A DNA stretch of 60,470 nucleotides, the filler included, from Sphacelaria rigidula (lineage: Eukaryota): the NCBI GenBank assembly GCA_964200075.2. It is 6 parts of 6 records of this genome, joined end to end, with 100 filler letters (N's around TTAATTAATTAA, not from the genome) between each part and the next. Parts side by side here need not be neighbours in the genome. Positions count along the whole stretch, not along the records: positions 20,194 to 30,188 come from CAXNAA020007345.1; positions 30,289 to 40,283 come from CAXNAA020007346.1; 4 more parts are not named here. The stretch is one strand, 5' to 3'. Below the pieces are notes generated by a model, which saw only the letters and a list, made by a program, of their open reading frames with translations, ran no database searches and was not told where the DNA came from. Numbering within the stretch: the first letter of the stretch is position 1; the number at the start of each line of letters is the position of its first letter. Below, piece after piece: positions 24,048 through 35,719 of the stretch. Both the position numbers and the translations under genes were made by a program.

Positions 24048-27000
24048 GTGGTGTTCAACAAGATATTTCATGCCGCCTACCAGTGGAAATTCATTGAGGC
24101 ACATGGCCGGCGCAATTCTGCGGCAAGTGCAAGTAGTGCGCGCCGCAAACAGCAACAGCAACAGCAGCCGTCTTCGCGAGCGTCGTCCACTCGCGCGTGT
24201 TACAACTGCGGCGACACCGGACATCTGATCAAGGACTGCCCCAAGCCTCGCTTTAAGGCAATGCATAAATAAATGCGCGAGATTCTCCAGGGTCTCGAAG
24301 CGGTCGTCACGGTGGACGGGGCCATGCCAACCAGGGACGCGGGCGCGGCGGCCGCGGTAGAAAACAATCGGCGGCGGATGGTGGTCCCTCCGCTGCTGTT
24401 TCTTCTACTACGCCATCAGGTGGTGACTCTGGATCTTATGGTTCGTCCGTGTCGGGGCGGACAGTGCACGTGGGAAATGCAAATACTTCGGTGGGGAGTG
24501 CTGGAGCGAATAGTTCGTAACCCCTCGGCCAGGCAGGATGATCCGTGTCTGGTGCATTTCCAACTGCTGCGACGGCTGTTACAGCGCCGTCTGCATATTC
24601 GGCGACTTGGTCTTGTGGGACCGACGATTCGAAGCTATCGATGTCAAGTGCTGAAGCGCAGCCCTGGCGTCTGGTGACTATTGATACCAACCAGGGTCCT
24701 CCGGCAGGCGTGGTACCTGTCGATCGCAAGGCTGAATGTTTACGCGCAGATCTTTCCTTGCCTGGTTCTGTAGCTTCAATCATGGCCCGCGTTATTCTGA
24801 ATTCTGGGTCCGCGCTCACGTCGATCGGTGTGGGGTTGCGTGAGCAAATGTCTTCGCAGTTTGGCGGCGCTCAGCTTCAGATTCCGTTCGAAAACGGACC
24901 GCAAACGGCACAGACCGCCACGGGTGCTCTCGTGACGGTTACACATAAAACTGTGCCGATTACTACTGTTAGCGTGCGTACGCCGTGGGGGGCTGTGGAG
25001 TTGCAGCCCATTACTTTCGCTGTCATGCCCGGTAGGGACAACGTGGTTCTTTTCGGGATGGCGACGAGGAAGGAGCTCGGGATTGATTTGTATCCGCTGG
25101 CGTTGGTTACGTTACGCCCGCATGCTGTGCCGGTGCAAACCGGCGTGGAAAATCCCAGCCATCTTACTGCAAGGCGTGTGATGGTATCCATACGGCCATT
25201 CCAGAGCGCCAATGAGGAAGAGGCTCCTGCGGATGAAGCGGTGGGGCGCTTGGTCAATAAGGGGCCCTACATGTTCGTGGACCCAGCGGAGGAGAGTGGT
25301 GCAAGAGAACGTGCGCTTGAGGATAGCGTGCAGCAGGCCGAGCAGAAGGGCCTGAGCGCCGATGGCGCACATCGTCTACGTGATATTTTGGCTCGTCGCG
25401 TAGATACATTTTGCCGTGCGCTGCGTGGTGATCCGCCAGCGCGCGTAGAGCCCATGAGGGTGCAGCTTAAGCCCCAGGCAAACGCGGTGAAGGCCAAGCC
25501 CAGACCTCGCGATCCGGTGAAGGTCGGGTGGCTTGCCTCATGCATCGCAGCTTTGGTGGCGTTTGGTTTAATGGTGGGGAACATCCAGGCTGTGCGGTCG
25601 AGTGCGGCGACGGCGGTGCCAAAGAGGGACACATTCCGTTTGGTCAGCGACTATCAGGCGGTGAACGCGCAAGTGGAACAGTCGACGGGGGTGATGCCAA
25701 GCAAAGAGGACATGCGGGAGTTGCTGGGAGCCCAATGCTTCGGCAAGTTGGACCTGCTACAGGGGTATTGGCAGATGGCTCTGGCGGCGGAAGCTCAGGG
25801 GATCTTCACGATCGCCACGCCTGACGGTTTGTTTACCCCAGGTGAAGCCCGCTTGGTGAAGGTTTCTACCGTGCCTGTTCGTTCTGCTGCCGTGTACAGA
25901 CCGTGTGATGCCGATGATTCGCTGCCCTCGTTACATGTCATTCGTACCGCGCAGCGCAAAACAGTCGGCGATGGTGTTCATTTTTTCCGTACGGCTTTCG
26001 GTCAAGCTGCTTCGGCTGACGATGGTTTGTTTCGCGTGCGTGTTAGCAGTAGTGATGTTTTGTAGATTCCGTCGGATGATGAAGATCTACAAACTCGCTT
26101 GATGGTGTGCGCTCACATGCGGTCGGCTGGACATCGTGGTGTGGCGCCGACTCTGTTTCATTCGAAAGAATACTGTGTGTGGCCTCACATGGATTCCCAC
26201 GTTCGCGAGTTCGTTCGCCAGTGTTTGCATTGTGTAGACACTCGTGGTGATGCGATTGTACCTCGTCCGTATGGCGATACTGTGCATGGTACTGCGCCAG
26301 GTGAAGTTGTTTACTTTGGTTTTCTGTACGTCGGAAGTAGCGGACCTGAAGGTGCTAACGGTTTGCCTGAGGAGGATGGTTCTCGGTACGTTTTGGTTAT
26401 AATGGATGGAGCCGACCGAGGCTTGCACCGCCGAGGTTACGGCTAAGCACTTGCTCCATTGGTGCAAGACTTTGAGGGTGCCGCGTGTGTAGGTTAGTGA
26501 TACCGCCACGCACTTCAAGAAGCGAGTGCTCGCGCAGCTGAGCGACGCGCTCAAGGTACAACACCAATTTGCTGTTGCGTACATTCCATCAATCAATCAA
26601 CATTCCTTGATCGAATGATGCTCGTGGACGCATGGTGCAAAAGGCTATTCGTGCGTTGCGGTCCATTTTGTCGGAACAGAAACGGCCGTTGTCTGAATGG
26701 GCTGATGTTTCGCTTGCCGCCCAGTGGGCGTTGAATTCTTCTTTCCTTGAACGCTACCGTAACACTCCGTATTGTGTGATGTTTGGGCGTGCGCCGCGTA
26801 CAGCATTTTCCGCGCTGGTTTCTGTCACTGGCGGCGAGTGGAACGTCGATGTCATGGATGCTGATTCATTGCGTGACAAGATTTGAGGCGTGGTTGACGA
26901 GCAAGTGCGGTTTTGTAGCGAAGTGCAAGCTGCTGTCGCGGTGTCTCGCGAAACCAAACGCAAGCTTGCTCAGGACCAGGCTGTGCTGCCGAACTTTTAA

Positions 27001-27405
27001 GTTGGCGATTTCGTATTGTATGCCCGTGTTCGTAGGCAAGNNNNNNNNNGAGTGGTCGGAGACGATCACGCTCACGTGTATTTGGTGCAGAACACTATCT
27101 CTGGCGCCGTGCACTCGATCGATGTCGCTTGTTTGCGTTTTTATGCTGACTCGCAGTTGCACATCACTGCGGAACTAAAAGATGTATTTCAGCATTCGTA
27201 TGCTCAAGGTAAATGTCGCATGGATGCTTTGTTGCACGTCGCTGAGGATGACAATGGTGATGCCATTGTTTTGGTCGATTGGGATGGGTTCGATGCTGAA
27301 GAACGTGCGTGGGAATCTATTTCCAAGATTAATTCTTCTACGCCTGAATATGTTTTGAAGGAACTGCGTAAAATGCGGTTAACTCGGGCGCTGACCAAGA
27401 TATGA
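24048..27405 (+). pseudogene. Gypsy gag-pol pseudogene
   Basis: CYNCGDTGHLIKDC (24198-24239). ILNSGS, a degenerate LDSG protease site. FRLVSDYQAVN...GKLDLLQGYWQ...GLFTP (RT N-half). HMRSAGHRG...CLHC integrase zinc finger. LVDWDGFDAEERAWE chromodomain. Multiple stops and frameshifts. Confidence 0.9.
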
Positions 27406-27510
27406 GCGTCGGAGTGTGGTATTTCTTTGTGATCTGGCGCATGCGATTTCGCCTTGGTTTTTGTTGGTTGTCAAGCTCGTTCGTTTGTTTTGAACTCGCT
27501 TTGAGGGTGC

Positions 27511-27768
27511 TGTAGCCAACTGATACCAAGCCGTATGTTGCAGTATAATCGCATGCATTGTTGGAGCAGCGGCAGGGGACAGGGGATCCTGGATTGCTGG
27601 CTCTTATCTGTGTGACCCCTTGCTGTCTGGCTCTCGATGTGATCTGTTGAGGATCACTTCGTGATGATAACAAGTTAGAAGAAAGGGCTTGTCGAGCACG
27701 AGGCTAGTGCTACTGGAGGAGTCCCTCGTTGATAGTCCTCTTGACCAGATTGGCTGGCAGAGGCTATA
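27511..27768 (+). repeat. Gypsy 3' LTR
   Basis: TGTAGCC...GGCTATA, same length as the 5' LTR, preceded by a weak purine tract GAGGG. Confidence 0.95.
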
Positions 27769-29274
27769 GAGCTTCCAACAGGATGCGGTGACGGGCGGGC
27801 CGCCCGCCCCTTGTGGCTTTGGATGATATTATTGTCCCCATCACCTTGCCACACAACCCTTTGCGGTCGGGGTGGGCCGCCATTTCCCTCGTTGTGGCAT
27901 GCGACAAGTTCTCTTCGAAGGGTATGGGCGTCGCAGCGCACATACATAAATTTCAGTACAGTGTAGTACGCCTCTCCGGCTGCAGAAGCAGCGCCCGCTG
28001 CATACTCCCTTGTATGTTCTGGGCAGTTCTCAGCGACGGAGATCAGTTGCCTAGACAGCTTGTTCATCCCCGCCCACTACGTACATGTTCAGAGTGTTCT
28101 GCAAGTCATCGGCGGAGGGATGAGCAGAATTCATGACGGTCGCTCCTTTTGTCTTTCCACGGCCCATCTGGGTTCAGTGCCTCGTGAAAATGACCACATT
28201 GTGGCATGTACACTCCTTCTCCGTTTTTCCCACTCCACCCTGCGCTAGTGTAATTACTACGTTTTAGTAAAGGCTGGCGATCCAAAAACCTCCCGGGAAA
28301 TCCCGGGAACGCTATACTGAATGCAAGTAATACCATAAGCCATGCCCCGAGCATCCTGGCTTTGAAAACCTGGGAAGGCTTACCTGGGCCAGGAGTAGAG
28401 CCCCCACAAGATCTTTGCAGAGACATCACACTCGGCAGCAGTCCCCGCGCTCGTTGTTCGGGTCTGATCGATACATGTCGCCTCGTCGTGATTGGGCAGG
28501 TCGCTCCCTGACTTTTTATTATTATTTCAGACACATGGTCAACCCCGTGTTAATGGGGGGTCGGTCCCCAAAAGGTCAATAGGGCGAGCACTCGTGTCAT
28601 TGCTCGTTGTGGAAAACAATAATAGGGCGAGCACTCGAGTCATTGTCAAGTGATTAGATTGTCACCGTAGCCGCTAGGTGCAAAGGGGATGATAACAACC
28701 TAGAATCAAAACTTCTCGATTGATTGTGCTTGCTACAGTTGATGTATTTTTAAGCAGGCGGCGTACTATTTACCAAGATTGTACGAGTGAAAAATGAGTA
28801 AAGCGACGGAGTAAGTATGGTACACCCAGGGAAGACTCACTTACTCTCCTTGTTCCTGAGGCTCAGTCACCGAAGAAGGGTACAGCTGGAGCCTATCAGA
28901 CGCTGGACGAAGTGTTGATTAATCCTCTGCTGAACTGTTGAATCCCGAAGACGATGATCGAGTGAAATCGAGGGGGTTCGTGCGGGGTACTCGGCATCCC
29001 CTATCTCAAAACATATCTTCACTCAAGTCATAACTCAATTCAAATCCAATCGAGCCAACTTCAAGCCTGAATACGCATACATCTGTCGTTGAACTCTTAT
29101 ACATCCAAGTCATTCAACGCGATAGCGACCAGCGACGCACGTGTAAAACGAACGGGTTGCTAGTGGTTGATCCACATTTCACTGAAATATTCACCCAAGA
29201 TATACCACTCTAGTACCCGCCGGTCTGTATCCAGAAACAGCAGCTCGGCAGCTGCAAATCCGCATCGAATAACA

Positions 29275-29510
29275 TCATTGCTCGTTGTGTATAACAAGCA
29301 ATAGGGCGAGCACTCGAGTCATTGCTCGTTGTGGCAAAAATAATAGAGCGAGCACACGAGTCACTACTCGTTGTACAAAAGGTGATGACTCGAGCACACG
29401 AATCATTACTCGTTGTGAAAAAAAGTAATGACTCGAGCACACGAGTCATGCTCGTTGTGTTTTCAAAAAACATCCACGAGTGCACTCGTTTCGACCAGTA
29501 ATGACTCGTA
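29275..29510. repeat. Minisatellite of GAGCACTCGAGTCATTGCTCGTTGTG-type units
   Basis: Units of about 42-44 bp. The same unit occurs at 21721-21800 and 28580-28645. Confidence 0.75.
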
Positions 29511-30188
29511 CGACGTGTGCAGTTTTGTACAGATTAAAACCCAGATCTGCACGCAGGTTCATAAATGCGGAGGATCTGGAAGTGGTCGTTAGTTCAAGGT
29601 ATTTGCAATGCTGCAGACTAGATGCAACAAGGCAACGCAGCACCTACACACCCAGCCCTGAAAAAACCACGCACAGACACCCCCCACTCACGTGCATTAG
29701 TTTCGCTATCAGCCCTTGCAACTCTACCCACAGCAGTCTTTGTTTGACGAGTATCCGTTCTGTGTTGGACGAATGGCGGCCGCGTGCGTGTCAAAAACAA
29801 CCGGAAACGTGTCCTTGGTGACCGTTTTGTACGCGTGTGCTGTGCGCGCGTCTCACACGAATCATCTTTTTTCAATGAGTTCTGAACAGATTTGAGCAAA
29901 GTCACGCACAACGTACACAGATGATGATCAGCTACGGCTCGAGCAGTGTGTTTTTGGTTTTCGGGGCCACCAAGTTCCTCAGGTTCAGCTCTGATTGTGT
30001 TGGATTGTGTGGTAAGCCTTTGCGTGTGCCCCTGTCAACGAGACATACAGTACACGTTCCCCTTCGAGAAGCACAGAAATCCCCTCTGCGAAGGGGGATT
30101 TCAGAAAGTGTTTTTGCACTCCCCGATTTCTGAAATCCCCTCTGGGATTTCTGTGTACGTTGAGGGGATTTGTTTTCGGGGGGGGGGA

Positions 30189-30288
30189 NNNNNNNNNNNN
30201 NNNNNNNNNNNNNNNNNNNNNNNNNNNNNNNNTTAATTAATTAANNNNNNNNNNNNNNNNNNNNNNNNNNNNNNNNNNNNNNNNNNNN
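30189..30288. other. Artificial contig linker
   Basis: N44-TTAATTAATTAA-N44. Confidence 0.98.
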
Positions 30289-30475
30289 AAACGTCATAAA
30301 AGTGAACAATCCGTGGGTAAAAAATCTGTTGCCATAACATCCGGCCTCAGAATCACTACTTCGTGCACGGCCGAAAGTGTTAAATGACCTCGTGAACATT
30401 AGCCCCAGACTGAGTCCTCGACCGTGCTGGCCCTCGTTGCTATTATCGATGCTGTTGTTTTCGCTCGAAATTCAG

Positions 30476-30584
30476 GCATGAAGACAGGGAGTACGCGCTG
30501 GTGAAGCACTTGGATCCTGCGTTCATTATCGCTAGGCAGAGGAAAGATGGATATCATCTGCTCGGTCCGCAAGAAGCCTCAATG
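30476..30584 (+). CDS. Penultimate exon of a DUF3727-like protein (5' exons are off the contig)
   Basis: TTCAG|G...ATG|GTGAGT. Translates as HEDREYALVKHLDPAFIIARQRKDGYHLLGPQEASM and splices in phase 0 to 34522. Resembles the C-terminal E-Y-x-x-x-x-x-L-D-P region of cyanobacterial DUF3727 proteins (recognised from memory, not searched). Confidence 0.7.
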
Positions 30585-31932
30585 GTGAGTATCTATCTAG
30601 CGACGATTGATGTCGGTCTCGGCTTTGACTTGTACCTCGTTGCGTCGAATTTGGGAGCGGATGGATGAATAAGACAAGAGTCAGATATTTCGTGTACAAT
30701 ATACGACATCCCCCTGAAAATTTGATTTGGTCCCGACCGTTCCTTTTTGCCATATCGTTACTATTCCGTTCTTATTCGTGCACATGCCACGCTCTATGTT
30801 GCCGTCTGTTTGCGTGTTCTTGTGTTGACCTGAAAATTAACTTGATCCAGTGTCACACTTGATGTTGCACAGTGTCTCGATTGACAAGGCGAACATTGAC
30901 AGTAGCTCGCGTGTTTTTGTATTCGACTGTTCAGACGAAGAATGGCTCACATGTATAAATTCAATTCTTGATTCGATCGGTCAGTCGGCAGTTCTCCTGC
31001 TCCCACATAGCACATGCTCTCTCCCTTGGGAGTAAGTCGCTCTGCGCGATCAAAAATACAATGTAGTGTACAGTTTATTATACCAGCAGTATTCACCCGG
31101 ATACAACCCGTACTCAATGATAGTTCAAGATCTGCACGAAATGTTCACCCTCACTCGGGGTACGGTTATACATTTGTAGAAAACATTCGTATAAGTACCC
31201 GGTTGTAGGTGGGAGTTCCTGTCCAAGCTCAACATATACCATATCCGACATATTGTACAAGTTCGGAGAGACTTCCGCACCGGTACCCGACGCCTCTTCA
31301 ACCCTTCGACAGCGAACTGTCCTCAGATGGATGATGCCACATTTTGGGTTCAGAACCGTTCTTTTCTCCCTACTCAAAAACGCCTTTTTCATGAAAATGT
31401 GGATGTTGGGCATCTATATAGAAAATAATCCCCGAGAACTTCTGACCGGTTTTGACCCTGCAGTTAATTACGTGCAGAGTCAGTACGTTTACTGGATGTT
31501 TTCACTGGATACAACGGCAAGAAACAGTCAGTTTGCCATCGCTCTCTACTGAACACAGGCTACTGCATGCTGTTGATGTATCTGCTCAGTTTTCCACAGC
31601 AACACTAGAGACAGTGTGAAGCTATGCTGGCAACACATGAGAGGTCAAGTAGGTGGCATAGACGACGAGCATACATGACTTGCATGTTGGTCACCGTTTA
31701 GACATATCGGTAATCCTTTCACCGTAGGGTATGGATTGGATTAGAGTCTACAGTAGATGTCGTTTTGTTTTGTTTTGGTGACATCATTTTTTTTTTCACA
31801 CCCTGGACAACGACATAAGATGACATTGTCAAAAAGTGTACTGCATACAGTATAGCATCTATTGTCGATTGCAATGCAGGCAATAGTCGATGCTGTACGC
31901 AGTACACTTTTCGACGATGTAATCCATTGTCC

Positions 31933-32198
31933 AGTGTGTGTGTGTGTGTGTGTGTTGTCGTCCTATCTATTCTGGGCGCCGGTCTGGACCTATATGTGGG
32001 CGCACCAGCCGGGGTCACACAGGAGGAAGGTCAACACAGGAGCTTTTTGCTTTTTCTCTTTTATTTGTTTCTAGTGCCCCACCTTCCTTCTGCGGAATTT
32101 GCCTCTATTTTTATCGCGAGAAGGGTTTAGCAGTCCCTTTCCCTCGTCGACCGTCAAGTCGAATTCCGTGTACCCACGACATAGTCGCTCTCCATTGT
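31933..32198 (-). mobile_element. SINE, (CA)n-tailed family
   Basis: (TG)n followed by the reverse complement of the body seen at 17625-17882. Confidence 0.75.
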
Positions 32199-32499
32199 TA
32201 GACATGAGGGTATGTTCTGTTTTTGGTGCGAAAGTTGAAATCGATTATCTCTCTTCGTGGCTGGTGATCCATCGTGAACAGGCAGCCCACCAAGACAAGG
32301 TTTTTGCGGCAGTTTTGTGCCGTTCGTCTCTACTCTAGTTTTCTCCCCTCCGGTTAGAGGAGGACATGCAACGAACTGTAGAGCGTCTATCTGTAGCATA
32401 GATCGTGATAGTTTTCCGTCTACATGCATGTGCGCCGCTCTGTTCTTCACATCTGGTTGACGAGCGTCGCATATGACGTTGTCAGCATATTTCGCTACA

Positions 32500-33130
32500 A
32501 TTCCCCGGGGCGCACACGCATACGCTGACCTGCTCAACATTCTGATTCGTGGATGAAACCTGGTATTACGCCACCACGCAGTCACACCGCATACATTCAC
32601 CTTTCTTTTATAGTCTCTTCCCAGTGAAAGGTGCTGCAACATTTCACCTGTGTTGGGTATCACAATATATCCGTATTCTAAAGCACACGCCGAACGCGTA
32701 CATCGGGGTATCGTCTGTCTACTCCGCATGGATTCGGAACGCTATATAGAAACGAATGTTCCGACATCCCGAGTCATCATCTATTCGGCCACCGGAGTAT
32801 CGTCATACTCAATGGATGGGTACGGCTCACCCAAGCGGTATCTCCCGTGCGCTTCCGTCCTCCTCGACCTTCACACACGGTATGAAGGTCCAGCCTCGTC
32901 CGTGACTCACGAGACTGTCGCCCGCACATGAGAGGGAGTCATCTCTTGGAATGAGAAGAGGGCAGTGAAATGGTTCTCGGAGAACCGGTCTCCATGGTTG
33001 TGGTGTTTGATGTACACCGAAGCCGGGACACATTTTCAGGTGGGGTATGTAAATAAAAGTGTGCAGGTCGCGAACGCCTCCAGAACCAAATCCATGAGAA
33101 ACCCAATCTCAAACAAAGAAATACTGGACA
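32500..33130 (+). mobile_element. Possible highly decayed Tc1/mariner transposase remnant
   Basis: YADLLNI / FVDETWYY resembles the VHxDEKWFY first-Asp motif. Later motifs are not clear. Confidence 0.3.
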
Positions 33131-33857
33131 CACGAAACATCTCTCCTCAGCAGTGTACAGCGGGGCAGTAATGACAGGATTTTGTCGGAGGGCGGCCTCA
33201 CATGTCGGCGGCCGTGAGCTCCCTGCTCGATACTGACGGGTCAACAGTCGCACTGTGTTGTTGGCCAGTCATGTACCGCGCATGCTCGATTGTATGGATG
33301 CTCTGTGGATAGTGAATGTGCAGCAGTTGCATGCTATCGAGACTAGCGCCATATCATACTGCTGCACTGTTTTACAAGACACCACGCTGTCGGTACACCG
33401 CTGTGAAGGCTATGACACCATGACAGCACGAGTAGTAGTAGTGTTCCTCTAGTGTTCCTGCACCATTTGTCAACTGCACAGGGCACTGCAAGCCCTGTGC
33501 AGTCGGTAGTACCACTGTACTTCGGTTGTCTGGTGTCCGCTGTTTAGAGTGCACAATCCGCACAGACAACAGTCGTACGATGCTGCAATTTCACATGCCC
33601 CTCCCCCTCCTTGTGTGTATACGGCCATGTCGAGTAGGCAGTCTACAAGAGTATCCATCAACTCGTCGTGATCTGCCCAGATACACTGTCTTCTCGCGCA
33701 TAGGCTGCGGCGGGTGTGGACGGTTATCATCGCGCACACACATTACAAGATCACATTTAAACACTAGATTGACAGACCTGTTGTCTATGAAGCCTTCGCA
33801 CCTATCAGTATGCTTTTGTTTCTGAGAAATTGTTTCAAGAAGTGCTCCTCGGTGAGC

Positions 33858-34148
33858 CTCGGTGAGGTCACGCGATCTGTTTTTTGTTTCTTACACCACG
33901 CCCAACAGTGGAGAGCGACCATGTCGTGGGTACACATATTTCCACTTCACGGTCAACACGGGAAAGGTACCGCTGAAGCCTCCTCGCGATAAAGTCAAGG
34001 CAAGCGCTGCAGCAGGAGGATGGAGCATAAGCTGAGCATCCTCCTGTGTGAACCTGGCTGAGACGTTCACATATTATGCTGAAAGGCTGAACTAGCGTCC
34101 AGAATAAATAGGATGACAGATGACAACACACGCACACACACATACACG
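33858..34148 (+). mobile_element. SINE, (CA)n-tailed family
   Basis: CCCAACAGTGGAGAGCGACCATGTCGTGGGTACAC body and an AGAATAAATAGGATGAC...(CA)n end. Confidence 0.75.
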
Positions 34149-34521
34149 TGCACATGGACCCCCCCCCCCCCACGGAGCCAAGACAAGATGGACAGGAGGG
34201 CGGAGTGTCCTGTCAAAGTGCTTCCGTCGATCATTTTACTCGTCCCCGTGACACCCTTCACACTCATCCCGAGTGTACATGCAAGGTGAAATAACTTCCA
34301 GCGCATTCCACTGACTCGGTACTTGTACCCCAGTGCATGCACGCACCGCCGTGTGAATATTCCAGTTGGTGGGAGCGAGCCATGTGGGAAGATGAAGGCA
34401 TCGGGGAAACAAAACATGAAGAAAAAATAATGAGAAAAAAAAGGAATCAAGGAGAGACATGTTCGTTCATGCATTTGAATTGCTTCGCGATGTGTTCCGT
34501 CTTGTTTGTCTGTTTTGCCAG

Positions 34522-34827
34522 GTAAAACCCAAGGTTGAGCAGCTCATGTATGAAGAGCTCAAGCTCAAAGAGGCAGTGGAAGACGCGCTCGGCAAGGAGA
34601 ACGTAGAGAGAGAGCTCGACAAGGCCTTTGAAGCGGCGGGTGGAGAGAACGCTGACTTATCCAAGGTGTTCCCAGAGCCCACGGGTGGCAACAAGCCAGT
34701 CAACGTCGACGTGTCTGCGTTCCTCGACCCGCAAAGTGTGTCCCAAAATTTGAAGAAGACAAAGGACCCTCGGCCAAGCCAGGAAGAAGTACCAGAAGTT
34801 CCCGCGGATTCTGCCGCTGCACCATGA
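34522..34827 (+). CDS. Terminal exon of the DUF3727-like protein
   Basis: Polypyrimidine acceptor TGTTTTGCCAG, then VKPKVEQLMYEELKLKEAVEDALG...AAAP-stop. GC3-rich codons. Confidence 0.8.
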   Translation, partial: VKPKVEQLMYEELKLKEAVEDALGKENVERELDKAFEAAGGENADLSKVFPEPTGGNKPVNVDVSAFLDPQSVSQNLKKTKDPRPSQEEVPEVPADSAAAP

Positions 34828-35615
34828 GGGGGTAGCTGCGGGACCTAGAGTTGATTTGCGTTTAGCTAACCCTAAGCGGACGGGTAGGACACCACGTTGA
34901 GAGTGAGGCCTCTGGATGAGGTTGGCTGTGGGTAAACCTGTCACGTGTCACGACTTGTAAAAGTCACGTGCGTGAATGCATGCGATTTCGTTTTCCTTGT
35001 TTGTCCGATTTCGTCTCTCTCTCGTGCAGAGTGTGCACGTGAAAAATGGAACATCTACTTCGTCAGTGTGCTTACTGTCTGGCATGCTTCTTTCTTTCTT
35101 TTTTGTGGAGGGGGGCACGAGGGAATGTTGCAAGTTGAAACCTCGAAGCACCACGATTTCCTTCAAGCTTTGTCATGAAGTCGTATTGAAGTAGCAGTCA
35201 CATCAATCAACTTTCCTCCACTTTTTGGAGTCGTTGTAGAGTGCTCTAGGTGGAGTGTGCGTTGGCGGACCTCGGATCGGCGCCTGCGGCAGCGATATGG
35301 AAAAGAATGCGTTCTGGGCACGCTAAACCGTCAGTCCCTGCTACAGATTCCGCCCATCGGTTTTCCCTCTAAAATCGAGTAATCAACCATTTTCACGGCG
35401 CTGTTGTACTGTCTGTGCAAGCTCTGCTGACTTCTTCAACGGTCTCGATCCGTTGGTGATCATGGAACTACCCTGTAGACAAAACACGATGCAGTCCGGA
35501 TGGCACGTGGTTGGTCTCATCTTTTTTTGTGGTTTTTTGTTCCCTTCTCCATCAAGGTGCGGTTGGTCAAAGTGTTGGTACCTACTGAATGAAGCCACCT
35601 TCGACCTCCCTCCTC

Positions 35616-35683
35616 CGGTGCTCCGTCCCAAAAGAGTGCGTGGTTGATGGTCAAACGACTAAGGCAAGCAACAAATGAGTACG

Positions 35684-35718
<35 letters not shown>
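35616..35718 (+). mobile_element. 5'-truncated LINE end with a C35 tail
   Basis: CGGTGCTCCGTC...GACTAAGGCAAGCAACAAATGAGTACG followed by C35684-35718. Homologous to 9871-9936. Confidence 0.85.

Positions 35719-35719
<1 letters not shown>

Larger units (their letters stand above)
23398..27768 (+). mobile_element. Ty3/Gypsy LTR retrotransposon with chromodomain, internally deleted
   Basis: Paired 258-bp LTRs. Domain order is gag zinc knuckle, protease-like region, partial RT, integrase, chromodomain. Confidence 0.95.
23178..28575 (+). mobile_element. piggyBac-like non-autonomous element (~1 kb) interrupted by a Gypsy insertion
   Basis: TCAA|CCCCTTTGCGACCG ... CGGTCCCCAAAAGG|TCAA. The sequences flanking the Gypsy are contiguous in the uninterrupted copy at 21436-21716. 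Confidence 0.7.

Noticed and set aside
24545-26065. 506-aa ORF as a functional gene
   Set aside because: It is a Gypsy pol fragment with a mutated protease Asp and a deleted RT core.
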